DNA of 64,000 nucleotides from NCBI GenBank assembly GCA_951406725.2, contig OX597826.1, positions 77,686,001 to 77,750,000 on the forward strand, given 5' to 3'. Below the pieces are notes generated by a model. That model saw only the letters and a program-made list of their open reading frames with translations, was not told where the DNA came from and did no database searches. The translations under genes were made by a program, and so were the position numbers. Below, piece by piece: positions 15,415 through 27,936 of the stretch. Origin of the DNA: Octopus vulgaris (lineage: Eukaryota). Each line of letters starts with the position of its first letter. The stretch's first letter is position 1.

Positions 15415-15870
15415 ATGTTTAACGTCCGCTTTTCCATGCTAGCATGGGTTGGACGATTTTGACTGAGGTCTGGCGAACCAGATGGCTGCACCAGGCCCCA
15501 ATCTTGATCCGGCAGAGTTTCTACAGCTGGATGCCCTTCCTAACGCCACCACTCCGAGAGTGTAGTGGGTGCTTTTTACATGCCACCGGCACAGGGGCCA
15601 GTCAGGCGGTACTGGCAATGACCTCGCTCGAATCTTTTTACACATGCCACCTGCACAGAAGCCAGTTACTGCTCAGGCAACGATCATGCTCGGATAGTGC
15701 TCTTGGCACCCTACTAGCACATGCACAAGTGCCAGTAAGGCAACGCTGGTAATGATCACACTCGAATGGTGCCCTTTTATGTGCCACTGGCACAGAAGCC
15801 GGTTAGCTGCTCTGTCAACGATTACACTCGTATGGTGCTCTTTGCACCCTGCAAGCACAGACGCCAGTCG
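15415..15870 (-). mobile_element. Family D RTE-tail repeat with internal tandem subrepeats
   Basis: Same 3' end as 4600 and 10370, followed by repeated tgccaccggcacag...gctcg blocks. Confidence 0.8.
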
Positions 15871-16109
15871 TCGAATTTGATTTTGATTTTGATTTTATAC
15901 ATACATATATTTATGTATGTATAAAATGGGCTTCTTTTGGTGTCCGTCTTCCAAATCCACTTACAAGGTTTTGGTTGGCCTAGGGCTAGACTAGAAGACA
16001 TTTGACCAAGGTGCCATGCAGTGGGATTGAACCCAAGATCACACAGTTAATCATCACTGATATATCATCAATGCTGTTATCACCATCACCATCAACATCA
16101 TTATCTCAG

Positions 16110-16620
16110 TGATGTTAGTAGATGATGATGCATTTATTGAGTCAAAGAAAGAAGAAATAGTGATTTATGATAGGATGACATGCAAGGCAACTGGCAGCTT
16201 CTTTGAGAAAGCTTCTGTTGGAAGCTACAAACCTGATCTTTAAATGGCTGAGGTTTCCACCAGAAAGAAGGTGACGTGGAATGGTGGAATGGTTTAGTAG
16301 ACAAAGCTATAAAAGTTAAGAAACAGATTTGGAAAGAACGGGATTCAATTTCAGGTGAGTAAAAGACAAGTTAGACATTAGGTGAACTTTGTGAGTAGAG
16401 AAGGAGAAGATAAGAGGTTTGCAAGTGTTGTGTAGGATGTGGAGCAAAGACATCGGGCATCCAAGATTGCAAGGTAAGATGTTGCTGCGAATCAGGCCAT
16501 CCCTGGTGAAAAGTGGGAATGTAATAATGATGTGGTTGCAAAGTGTGTGTATGATGGGGTTTTTTTCTACAAAGTGTGATGAGGCAAAGAAGAGTAATGT
16601 AAGCCATGAAAGTGGAAGAT
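16110..16620 (+). mobile_element. RTE LINE fragment (endonuclease-RT linker region)
   Basis: RKKVTW / WWNGLVDKAIKVKKQIWKE matches the RTE linker motif WWNxxVxxAIxxKK. Confidence 0.7.
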
Positions 16621-16648
16621 GTACAAAACCCTATCCAAACTATTGCTG

Positions 16649-16693
<45 letters not shown>

Positions 16694-16837
16694 TAAGTGC
16701 TGCTGCACAGCCTAATTTTAATTTTTTTTCACCTTCTCTTCCTCATCCCCTCCTCCTTCTCTGCCTTTTTCCCATCATCATCATCATTTTCATCATCATC
16801 ATTATCATCATTATCATCATCATCATCATCATCATCA

Positions 16838-17075
16838 AGAAATGAGGCAAGCATGCTGCAGTCTGTGTGTTTGAATGACATTTGAATTGAAAGAGAATGT
16901 GGCTATAAGGGGAATTGGATGGAGAGAGGAGCAGAAGTGAAGACTGGGATGGTACAGACATATGATGGCTTTGGAAGATGACGGATGGTTAAAGAAATGC
17001 TAAATAATCCAAGAGGAGAAAATCTCTGGTAGACGAAGATTGAATAAGATATGGGAAGAAAGGGTTGAAATCTGT
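16838..17075 (+). mobile_element. RTE LINE fragment (C-terminal)
   Basis: RNEASML...RLGWYRHMMALEDDGWLKKC, homologous to 3990-4200. Confidence 0.72.
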
Positions 17076-18300
17076 TACCTCATATAAAATAACAGTAATA
17101 TATTACTTTCAAATTTAGGCACAAGGCCAGCAATTTCAGGGGAAGGGTTTAGTCGATTACATTGACACCAGTGTGCAACTAATTCTATCGACCCAAAAAG
17201 GATGAAAGTCAAAGGTGACCTCTGCAGAATTTGAACTCGGGATGTAAAGACAAATGCCCGATGTACTAATAATTCTGCCAGCTCATCACCTTAGAAGTAA
17301 CAGTAATATATTGGGGGATTTAGTTAATGATATTTGCCCTCATCTATGATCTTGTGCAACTATTTTGAAATAGGTTGGTTGACTGCAACTTGAAAACCAA
17401 AGGTCAGAAATGGTAACCTCCTGTTCGGTTTGTTCTGTTTTTCTTCTCTTCAAAATCTAAAATTATTTTACAAGATCAAATAAAATTGACCTTTTGGTAA
17501 ACAGCCTTTAACCTGGATGTTTAGATAGGTTACATTTCAACAACTTCCAGGCTTAAATATCTAGATCAAAACCAGTGACCTCCAATTCATTTCTGTTATT
17601 GAAGAAACCTAACAAGAGAACTGATGTGATATTAGGCTACCAGCTTGCTGGTTTTAGGTTCAAATCCAGAGCAGGTTTTTGTTCTTTTTTTTTTCTATTA
17701 TGTATTTATGAAGTAGAAGTGATTCTGTATGGATTATGTGTCCAAAACTGGTGCTTGTATTCTGTTGCTATTTAACTCCAAATCAATCTTGATCAAGTAA
17801 ACCTACAGTCAAAGATAGTTCATCCATGCCCATCCTGTCTTGTTTTCAGATATAGTTATATATGACTATATTATTCAAGATCTTATCTTTTTAAAATAGC
17901 TGGTTGTGATTTTAAGAAGATTTAGCTGCTATTTCTAGCAGGCTTTAGGAACCCACCAGGCTATTTGGAAATGTTCCATAAATACACATCTTGTCCAGTA
18001 AGGGGTTTACCCCAAGTTTGCTTAATGCCATGAAGCAGAGACCAAATACCCACACTGAAGAATTTATCTCCTGACACAGGAAACATTAAACTTCTTCATA
18101 TGGAACATTTAATTCTACATATCACAGTTGACCGAATTGTTGAAAATAGTTACAGAATCATCTGAAGAATATTCACTGAGTTGGAGTGGTGTCTTATCCA
18201 GGAAGAGATTTGACTGTCTTAATTTAACATCATGAAATCACAGCAAAACATTGGCCCTTAAGGATTTCTGAGGACAGTCTTAAGGGAACATTGTATTTCT

Positions 18301-18665
18301 TACATTTGTATCACCATTTTTGTTACATTGGTATTAGCATTGCTTTTATGCTACATGTGGTATATCACATGTGGGTACATTTGTATCACATTTTTATTAC
18401 ATTGGTATTAGCATTGCTTTTATGCTACATGTGATATATCACATGTGGATACATTTGAATCACATTTTTGTTGCATTAGTATTAGCATTGCTTTTATGCT
18501 ACATGTGATATATATATCACATGTGGATACATTTGTATCACATTTTTGTTACATCGGTATTAGCATTGCTTTTATGCTACATGTGGTATATCACATGTGG
18601 ATACATTTGTATCACATTTTTGTTACATTGGTATTAGCATTGCTTTTGGGCTACATGTGGTATGT
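18301..18665. repeat. Minisatellite, about 74-bp unit x5
   Basis: Unit starts at about 18301, 18376, 18450, 18528 and 18602 (tacatttgtatcacatttttgttacattggtattagcattgcttttatgctacatgtggtatatcacatgtgga). Confidence 0.95.
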
Positions 18666-19153
18666 TTGGGTTACATTTATCTTTTATCTTTTACTTGTTT
18701 CAGTCATTAGACTGCAGCCACCTTCAAGGTTTAGTCAAACAAATCAAATTCTAGTATTTTCAGAAAGAAAAATAAAAAAAACTACAATCAGAGAATTGAT
18801 TTCTTACAAATATTAATGAAGGAATAATTTCAAAGATCGAATCCAGCAATCTTTATCTTGTCAGTTGGGATCAATTATTTTCAAAGATCAAATTTATTGA
18901 CCTTTCACTTCACATGTCACTCTGATGAATCAAATAATCTCAAAAATCAAATTCTTTAATCTTTGGTGTGTTCTTCAAGAGGATCTATAATTTTAAAAAG
19001 TTAACACCACTGATATTCAATATATTACTCACAAAAACTAATTACATTCGTAGTTCAAATTAAGTGACCTGTGTCATATTACTTCCTTCAGTCATATATT
19101 TCCAAAGAGCAAACCCAGTAACCTTTAGTATCATATTACCCAACATACAAGTC

Positions 19154-19272
19154 AGTGTAGCACATGGTGGAAACATGTAGTGCAAACATGTGTAAACATG
19201 AAGTGGAAACATGTAGTGTAGCACATGGTGGAAACATGTAGTGCAAACATGTGTAAACATGAAGTGTAAACA
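19154..19272. repeat. Tandem duplication of about 61 bp built from short acatg-containing subunits
   Basis: agtgtagcacatggtggaaacatgtagtgcaaacatgtgtaaacatgaagtg occurs twice. Confidence 0.9.
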
Positions 19273-19710
19273 TTCAAATATAGTCACTATTTTTCCAAAT
19301 CCAGTTGTATTTCACTTAGAACTTTTGGTCCTTCAAAGTCATCTTCATGTATAATTCCTCCTACCTATTTTTGGCCATAAATTTTGACCTGAAAAATTCC
19401 ATTTGTATCCTGGAAAATATAGTATTTTACTCTTGCAAATTAAGTGTTTCTGAAGGTCAGATCCAGTGTCCATTTCTTTTGTACTTCAGCAAATCAAATA
19501 TTTCCAGAGAGCAAATCGAGTGACCTTGGTATGTTTCTCAAGAACATATAAATATTTTCGAAGGTCAAATCCAGTGACATTTGGTATTTAAGTTGAATGA
19601 AACATATTCAAAGTCAAATCCAGTGACATTTGTTATGGAACTCAAGAGGATAAACTGCTTCCAAAGGTTAAACTCTGTCACTTTGTTATGTTATTCTAAG
19701 AAATCCGATG

Positions 19711-19920
19711 ACCCTTTAGCATTCAATCCGGCCAGATCTGACCCAAATATTCTCCCTATTTTATGTTCAAACAGACTCTCGCACCTACCCAACAATGTCA
19801 TTCTAAAAATAAACAATCACATTATCAGAATCTCAAACCTGCAAGATAATGCATAATTAATTCTAAACATTGTGAATTAATAAGCATTACATTTCTCAGA
19901 ATAATCTGCATGCTAAAGTG
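19711..19920. mobile_element. piggyBac-like MITE, same family as 9920
   Basis: Termini ccctttagcattca...tgcatgctaaagtg; body is the reverse complement of 9920-10100. Confidence 0.65.
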
Positions 19921-20009
19921 AAAAAGGTCAACCCCTGCAACCATTTGTAGGTTATCCTAATAACAAATATTTTCAAAAATTAAATCCTGTGACCTATGAT
20001 ATTCAAGAG

Positions 20010-20513
20010 AAGGGATTCCCAACCATGGTGGGGGGTGGGAGGGTGGACCAGTACTGGGGCCGTGGGCCTTATAGTACTGTCCACATAGGAAAAATGAATT
20101 TTATTTCTATTTTATGGCTTATGTTATATCTTTAGACAGACATTAGATTCTCAAACCCATTTCATGTGATTATGGGATAAGGAATGAAGGCCTGGAGAAT
20201 TTAGTGGTGACCAGAAAGATTGAAAAGAAAAGAAGCAGAGAAAGGAGGAGGAGGAGGAGGATGTGGATGTCCAGTTTGAGGAACTGGTTGGAAGAAAGCG
20301 GCATCAAACATCAGGAAGTGGAACTGATACAGAAAACAGAGAATTGTGGCAGAACATGATTGCCTATGTCCTACATTCTGGACATGGCACTTAAAGAAAT
20401 AAAATATCATATCTTATGCACTTTATTATGTTTTGTTATGCATGTTATCTTCTGGTCCATGGAAATATTGTCTTGCATGGAACTTGTGGTACAAAAAGGG
20501 TTGGGTATGTCTG
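20010..20513. mobile_element. Possible decayed hAT-Charlie-like MITE
   Basis: agggattcccaacc at the left and aaaaagggttgggtatgtctg at the right resemble degenerate CAGGGGTCCCCAACC TIRs. Confidence 0.4.
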
Positions 20514-20813
20514 ATGTTGAGAATCAAATGATTTCAATGGTTAGAACCAGTGACTCTTGGATTGTTCCTCTTGTGAAGATCAAATCCAAATAACCTTTGA
20601 GATGGCATTATCCCAGTTATTTCTAAGTTGTTAAGTAAATATTTTAAAAACTGTTATTGGGTCAAATATTTACAAATGACTCCAGGTTGTTCCTATATCA
20701 AGTATTTATGAAGGTCACCAGTACTGACCAAAGACTAAAAGGTTTGAAAGTCAAGGCTGCACATCAAATGATCTGAGATTCCAACAAATTATTTGGTCAA
20801 ATATTTACTATCA

Positions 20814-20985
20814 CAATTGCAGCTTGGAAGGTGTTTATAAGCCATTTAAGAAACACACAAAAACTGTTAGGTTCACTTCAACATTTAAATTTAATTTGTC
20901 AAAATACTTTCGTCGCTTTGAGACCGTGATCTTTTCACTGACAGAACTTCGTGCTGCATCTCTTGCTATGTAAGTACATCTCCGT
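20814..20985 (-). mobile_element. 172-bp insertion with 14-bp TSD carrying a hammerhead-like fold
   Basis: TSD aatatttactatca at 20800-20813 and 20986-20999; hammerhead-like motif at 20897-20943 (-). Confidence 0.7.
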
Positions 20986-21149
20986 AATATTTACTATCAA
21001 TTTATCATAAACAATCAGAGTGTGAGCTGAATATTGCTGAGTCAGTAAAGGTAGACATAGGAGCAACCTATTGTAAAGGTAAGTCAATGAGGGACCCTTT
21101 AGATGGATAATAAACAAGCTAGATATAGCAGCCAAACTTCCTTCATACT

Positions 21150-21480
21150 TTTCCATCCATCCATCCATCTTGTCTGGCCACTACTCCTGAAAGGGCCTTT
21201 GGGATAGAGTCCCCAAGCAACTCCACCAGGGGGTCATATCAGAAGCAATCATCAATAGACTTTCCAGCTGGATTCTCAAGCTTAGCCACTTAAATCTATG
21301 GATGTTATCTAGCCATTTCATTCTTGGTCTACCCTTTAGGTCTCTTGTTGGCTCAGCTGGGTGAATCTGCCTTGCTACTAATACCAGTAATGTCTTAATC
21401 ACACATCTGCAGAACCTAAGCTATGACCTTTCAGTGAGGAGAAATTTGTTGCTCAATTTGGAGGGGACACCCTGATCTCC
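21150..21480 (-). mobile_element. RTE LINE 3' end (Expander/Rex3-like)
   Basis: KGRPRMKWLDNI...WLSLRIQLESLLMIASD...QRP followed by a (GGAT)n tail. Confidence 0.8.
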
Positions 21481-21759
21481 TGAGACTTTTTTGGTGGGGA
21501 ACCCAATTTCAGCTGCTTGTATTTGTTATTACCCAACATTCATGATCATAGTCAATCATACTTTTAAGTCTTAAAATAAGGACACATCAGATCATGCAAG
21601 CTCTGTGTATACAAAACAAAGGATAAGCTTGTCATTTTGGATTAACTCCAATCAGAGGTCTGCCTAAACAGAGAGAGAGACAAGATCATTAAGTTATGAG
21701 ATGCCATTTCTCAGGTCCATATCCATTTAAGTTCAACTTGACATTTTAACTGTACAACA

Positions 21760-21874
21760 TCAATCATCATCATCATCATCATCACCACCATCATCATCAT
21801 CACCACCACTATCACCATCACCATCATCATCATCAATATCATCATCATCGTCGTAATCATCATCATCATCATCG

Positions 21875-21907
<33 letters not shown>

Positions 21908-22085
21908 CCATCATCACCACCACCATCATTATCATCACCACCACTATCACCATCACCATCATCATCATCATCATCAATATCATCATCATCGTCATCGTCA
22001 TCATCATCATCATCATTGTCATCATCATCAATATCATCATCATCATCATCATCATCATCATTGTCATCATCATCAACATCATCAA

Positions 22086-22130
<45 letters not shown>

Positions 22131-22155
22131 TATTATCATCATCATCATCATAATC
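21760..22155. repeat. (CAT)n microsatellite at the tail of a family D repeat (22160-22400, -)
   Basis: Directly visible. Confidence 0.9.
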
Positions 22156-22492
22156 ACCATTTAATGTCTGCTTTCCATGCTGGCATCGGTTGGGCGGTTT
22201 CACAAGAGCTGACAAGGTCAGAAGCTGCACCAGATTCCATTGTCTGTTTGGCACATTTTCCACAGATGGAGGGATGCCTTTCCTAATGCCAACCACTTTA
22301 TCGAGTGTACGGGGTGCTTTTTTTTTGTTAACATGACACCAGCACTAGTGCTATTTTATGTGGCACCATCACCAGTGCCTCTTACATGGCACAGAACATA
22401 AAGATAGAACTATAATATATTCTATGAGCAAGTGCTCCCTTTTGGATACCAAAAATTCATTATTAAATAAAAAGTTAATAAATGAAAACTAG

Positions 22493-22677
22493 AGTTCTAT
22501 ATTTAAGGAATGAGGATTTATGTACATTATTTACTTTATCTACATTGCATTGATATTTGTCCTCATCTTGTTTGTTGGTAACACAATGCTTTGGCTGATA
22601 TACCCTCCAGCCTTCATCAAGTGTCTTGGGGAAATTTTGAATCTGGGTTCTCATACCCAAAGTATTTTTTGATGTTG

Positions 22678-22733
<56 letters not shown>

Positions 22734-23046
22734 GGGTCACTGCCCAGAATCAAACTCAGAATCTTGGGGTTAGTAGCCTGTGGTCTTAACCACGGGCATA
22801 TGGTGTTAACAGCATGGGCTACTAACCCCAAGATTCCGAGTTTGATTCCAAGCAGTGATCTGAATAATAATAATAATAACAACAACAACAACAACAACAA
22901 TATCGAAAAATACCTTAGGTATGAAAACCCAGGTTCGAAATTTCCCCCAGACACCTGATGAAGGCTGGAGGGTATATCAGCCGAAATGTTGTGTCAACAA
23001 CAAACAAGATGAGGACAAATATCAGTCAAATGTAAATAATGTAAAT
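22493..23046 (-). mobile_element. Palindromic tRNA-headed, hammerhead-bearing element, copy 2
   Basis: Inverted arms of about 250 bp centred near 22797, both with the tRNA-like segment; flanking aatgaaaactag (22481-22492) and aatgaagactag (23047-23058). Confidence 0.85.
22950..22995 (+). ncRNA. Minimal type I hammerhead ribozyme
   Basis: GACAC-CUGAUGA-A-GGCUG-GAGGGUAUAU-CAGCC-GAAAUGUU-GUGUC, with perfect stems I and II and ACGU changed to AUGU. Confidence 0.8.
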
Positions 23047-23479
23047 AATGAAGACTAGTGGTATTTTTGTCTACTGCTTCTGTGGTCAGCATTTGAAAGT
23101 ATTTGTACTTCTATTTTAACCACCATTAACTATGATAGCCGTTAGTAAATACTAAAGCTATTAGTAACAACGATAGCTACATCAATTACTACTATAACTC
23201 TCTGAAGCTACCATAGTCTCCAATAGTCACTCTTTTAGCTGTCAATATCTGAAAGAAATTACGTTGATGTGTAGTTAAGTGTCTAAACGTATTTCTATTG
23301 CGTTCGGTTTTTACAAATAATCACTAAGTCACTCACCGTGTAACATATTGAATAGATTGTGGATAAAATTAAAATATAAAATTCAAATATATAAAATAGA
23401 CTTACAAAAGAAAAACAGAGCAAATTTTAAAAAGCAAATTATTTTTTTTTGTGTTTGTGATATCAACATTGGATAAAAG

Positions 23480-23519
<40 letters not shown>

Positions 23520-23939
23520 TGGAATTCCTTGTGTGTGTGTGTATTGGAATTCCTTGTGTGTGTGTGTATTGGAATTCCTTGCTTCAGTAAATTTTTGAGA
23601 TAAATACGCAAGAATTGAAGCAAATAATAGATCATCAAGCCCTGATGCTTGGATGCCTTGGCAAGAATTTCTTTGTATAAAATATTCCGGTCAGGTCTTC
23701 TGTCTTATAACGCCAATCTTTCTCCCACCAGTCTTGAAGGCACAAGGAATGGTTATGGATGTACTCTCCTGCCTCTTACTAAATCATGTAAAGAATTTTA
23801 AAAATACCAACCAACATCCCCAAACACTGTAGAATATAAATATTTGGGAGGGGAAAATTAGAATAATGGAAAACAATATTGGAATGGAAATAAAAGACTG
23901 CAAACCCTACAAGAAGTGTTAGTTGGGAAGAAGTAGGTT

Positions 23940-24108
23940 AGGCCATGTGGTAAGAAGCTTGCTTCCCAACCACATGGTTCAGAGTTCAGTTCCACTGTAT
24001 GGCTATTGGGGCAAGTGTCTTCTATTATAGCCCCAGGCCAACCAAAGCCTTGTGAGTGGATTTGGTAGACGGAAGCTGAAAGAAGACTGTTGTTTATGTA
24101 TGTGCATG

Positions 24109-24144
<36 letters not shown>

Positions 24145-24370
24145 TCTTCTTGCATTCACGTCATGTGGCAGCTGTAAACGAGTGCCACCATCACACAAGC
24201 AATATCCTTTGCTTGCAATCTTCCATCAAAACATGTCTGGCCATGGGAAAATATTACCTTTGCTTGGAAACGGATGAGGGTTGATGACAGGAAAGGCATC
24301 CGACCATGAAAAATTTCACCTTAACAAATTCCGTCCGACCCAAGCAAGCATCGAAGTAGGAATGTGAAAA
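23940..24370 (+). mobile_element. SINE with family B head and an RTE-type tail ending in (GAT)n
   Basis: Family B head, then gggttgatgacaggaaaggcatccgacc...gcaagcatcgaa, then (GAT)n to about 24670. Confidence 0.7.
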
Positions 24371-24463
24371 TGGTAGCAACAATGACAATAATGATGATGA
24401 TGATGATGGTGGTGATGACGATGATGATAATGGTGATGATGATGATGATGATGATGATAATGA

Positions 24464-24494
<31 letters not shown>

Positions 24495-25689
24495 AATGAT
24501 GAGAATGATGATGATGACAATGATGATGATGATGATGATGATGATAAACATGATGATGATGATGGTGATGATGATGATGAAGATGATGACGATGATAATG
24601 ATGAGGATAACGATGATGATTATGATGAAGATGATGATAATGATGATGGTGATGACGATGATGATGAAGCTTAAGTAATTTTGACATAGTGTGTGTGTGT
24701 GTTGATTGAAATAGAATAGGAACACCAGGGATCTAGTATTCATATTCTAAAACCAGAATATTCACAATAAATACAGAATCATCATCATCATCATCATCAT
24801 TTAATGTCTGTGTTCCATGCTGGCTTAGGAATGGTAAATAATATCAGGTCTACTAAAACAACAACAACAAAAAAGAATAAAGTAGGTGTGTGTGAGCATT
24901 GGGTGGGGTGAAACGGATTATCTGTTTGTTGTAATAGTTGGCTATCTCACAGAGAGAGATTCAGTTGCTATTTCTAGCAGGTGAAGCAACCATCTAAAGG
25001 CTTCTTTGTTAACACACAGCAATGTTATTGTGTTTCAAAGAGGTGGTGGCGGGGGAGGCGTTGGCACCAACTGAAACGGTTACTCGTCTGTTACTCGAAG
25101 GAAAGGGAAAGTTTGTCGGAATCTAAGTTGACACATTAATAGCAATAAATCGATCAATCAATCAATCAATTAATTAATCACCCTGAACTTCAGTCAATAC
25201 ATATTTAAACAGAATGTCGGGTTATAGGAGAGATAGATGCAAAGACGCAAGCCAGTGATCACTCTGCTGGATGTCCAATATCCTATTGATCGGCCATCTA
25301 CTGATAGTCGCTTCCATTGTGTGGTGGGAACGAGTCTACTTCGCTAATTTGCTATTAACGATGGTGGATTAGCAAAGTCATTAGAGCTTCAAATAGAAAG
25401 ACTTGCAATATTCGTTTGGGGTTGATAAAAATAGTACCAGTCCAGGGCAGCGGCAGATTGGTAGAATTGCTAAAGCATCAGATGTGGTGCCTTACCATGT
25501 CTGTTCTCATTCTAAATGTTCTGATAGTAATACTAATACCAACCGTATCAGCTTGTATTGGCCACTGTCTTTCCTTTGCACAAATTTGGTGATGTGAAAA
25601 GAGACTTTGGACCAGGCCTGCATATCAGAAAAAACATTTCCCTAGTATGGCTGAGTGGTCATACAAGACATACAGAGGCCTCAAATTAA

Positions 25690-25903
25690 CCCTTTTGTTA
25701 CTGTATTTATTTTGAGATGCTTTGTGTTTCTTTCAATTACTTTAAATATAACAAAATATTTAGTAAAATAACTTAGTTACCATTCAGCTAGTGTTATGAA
25801 CATAAATTGTGACTAAGGTTTGGTGGAAGATTTTAATTCAAAACTTATGAAAACAAGATATTTGTACTCAGAGCCAGTTTCAGCCGGGTTGGTAGCGAAA
25901 GGG
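25690..25903. mobile_element. piggyBac MITE, 214 bp
   Basis: TTAA|cccttttgttac...gtagcgaaaggg|TTAA. Confidence 0.85.
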
Positions 25904-26314
25904 TTAAACTACATAAGTCAATGAGTACCACTACATGGTTATTCAAACTGCTAGAAACAGCATTCAATCATCATCATCATCATTATCATTTAACGTCCAC
26001 TTTCAAGAAGAAAGACTCTAGATCTGCTAGATATAGCAGCTACATCTCTTTCAATTTATACCCAAAAGTCTTGGGAAAAGATGGTTGCATTGGAAAATGT
26101 CTCCTTTGTACATTGTTTGCAAAAACCTGATCTAATGTGTCAGTCTTGAGAAGAAATTCAACCACAGAAAAGCATTGGTAAAACTTGCTTCCTAACCAAA
26201 ACGAAGGCTTCATCTACATTTCTAAGCAATTTTCAAGCTGCCAAAAGATCTTTGGTTCAAGGTTCCTCTTGGTTAATTTAACCATTTTGTTACTCACAGA
26301 CACATTATATTTGT

Positions 26315-26760
26315 TTCAAATTTTGGCTTAAGGCCAGCAAGTTCAAGTGGGGTCGGGGTAAGTCACATACAGTGACCCTCTAGTTTTCAACTGGTATTTA
26401 TTTTATCGACACCAAAAGGATGAAGGGCAAGGTCCAACCCACCTGAATTTGAACTCAGAACATAAAGACAGGTGAAATGCTGCTAAGCAGTTTACCTGGT
26501 CTGCTAACGATTCTGCCAGCTCATTACCTTAACTTGCTCTGAATATTGGCTTCAAATTTTGGTTCAAGACCTGAAATTTGGGGGCAGGGGTCAAGTTGAC
26601 TGCATCGTCCCCTCTGCTCGGCTGGCACCTATTTCACCCAACCTGAAAAGGTGAAAAGCGAAGTCAAACCTTGGTCAGATTTGAATTCAGAACCTAAAGA
26701 CAGACAAAATTCAATGAAACATTTTGTCCAGAACAGCAAAGATTCTGCCAGTTCATGAGC
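26315..26760 (-). mobile_element. Two degenerate SINE family A copies
   Basis: aaaaggatgaagggcaaggtc...gaatttgaactcagaa...ttctgccagctc occurs twice. Confidence 0.75.
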
Positions 26761-27410
26761 CTTGGATTTTCTAAATATTAAGCACTGGGTTTGTGGCTTG
26801 AACCTGGTTCTTTGATCTGGTTACAAAAGCGCTGCTGGTTCATGATTAATCTGATATTGCACCATCACCACCATCACCATCACCATTGCCAACACACCAA
26901 CACTACCACCACCATCGCCATCGCTACCACCACCACCATCACCCTTGCCACCACCAACACCACCACCACCAACACCACCATCGCCATCGCCACCACCACC
27001 ACCACCATCACCCTTGCCACCACCACCACCACCATTGCCATCATCTCCACCACCATCACCATCGCCACAACTACCACCGCCGCCACTGCCGCCACCATCA
27101 CTACCACCACCATAGTTGTTTGTTAAAATAATAGAAAGACATTTCTTATTCTCCCACTAATCGTATTAATACCTATTTTTAGCGAAAAACTCTTACCATA
27201 AAGGTTAATAAAATATTTAATGGCTTAATTACACCTAACTGATTCCGAAATTTATTTATTGACATAGGATCTGGGATGGGAACGGGAGCAGAACTAAAAC
27301 AGGAACTGGACAGGGAACAGGATAGGACATGGAACAGTGTAAGGGGAACAGGAACTGGAAATAACCCCCACTTTTCCAGGTATTACTGGGTAATTCAGCT
27401 AGTGTATATA

Positions 27411-27463
<53 letters not shown>

Positions 27464-27501
27464 ATGTATAAGTATATGAATGTAGATATATATATATATA
27501 T

Positions 27502-27901
27502 AGGAGTGGCTGTGTGGTAAGTAGCTTGCTTACCAACCACATGGTTCCGGGATCATTCCCACTGCGTGGCACCTTGGGCAAGTGTCTTCTACTATAACCT
27601 CGGGTCGACCAAAGCCTTGTGCATGGATTTGGTAGACGGAAACTGAAAGAAGCCTGTTGTATATATGTATATATACATGTGTGTGTGTGTGTTTGTGTTT
27701 CTGTGTTTGTCCCCCCAACATCGCTTGACAACTGATGCTGGTGTGTTTATGTCCCTGTAACTTAGTGGTTCGGCAAAAGAGACTGATAGAATAAGTACTA
27801 GGCTTACAAAGAATAAGTCCTGGAGTCGATTTGCTCGACTAAAAGGTGGTGCTCCAGCATGGCCGCAGTCAAAATGACTGAAAGAAGTAAAAGAGTAAAA
27901 G

Positions 27902-27902
<1 letters not shown>
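27502..27902 (+). mobile_element. Full-length tRNA-derived SINE family B (CORE-like centre)
   Basis: A box TGGCTGTGTGG, B-box-like segment, CCTTGGGCAAGT as in CORE-SINEs, internal (AT)/(GT) tract, aagtaaaagagtaaaagag tail. Confidence 0.88.

Positions 27903-27936
<34 letters not shown>

Noticed and set aside
17400-20732. CRISPR-like repeat-spacer array
   Set aside because: Eukaryotic context, highly degenerate repeats, irregular spacing and no cas genes.
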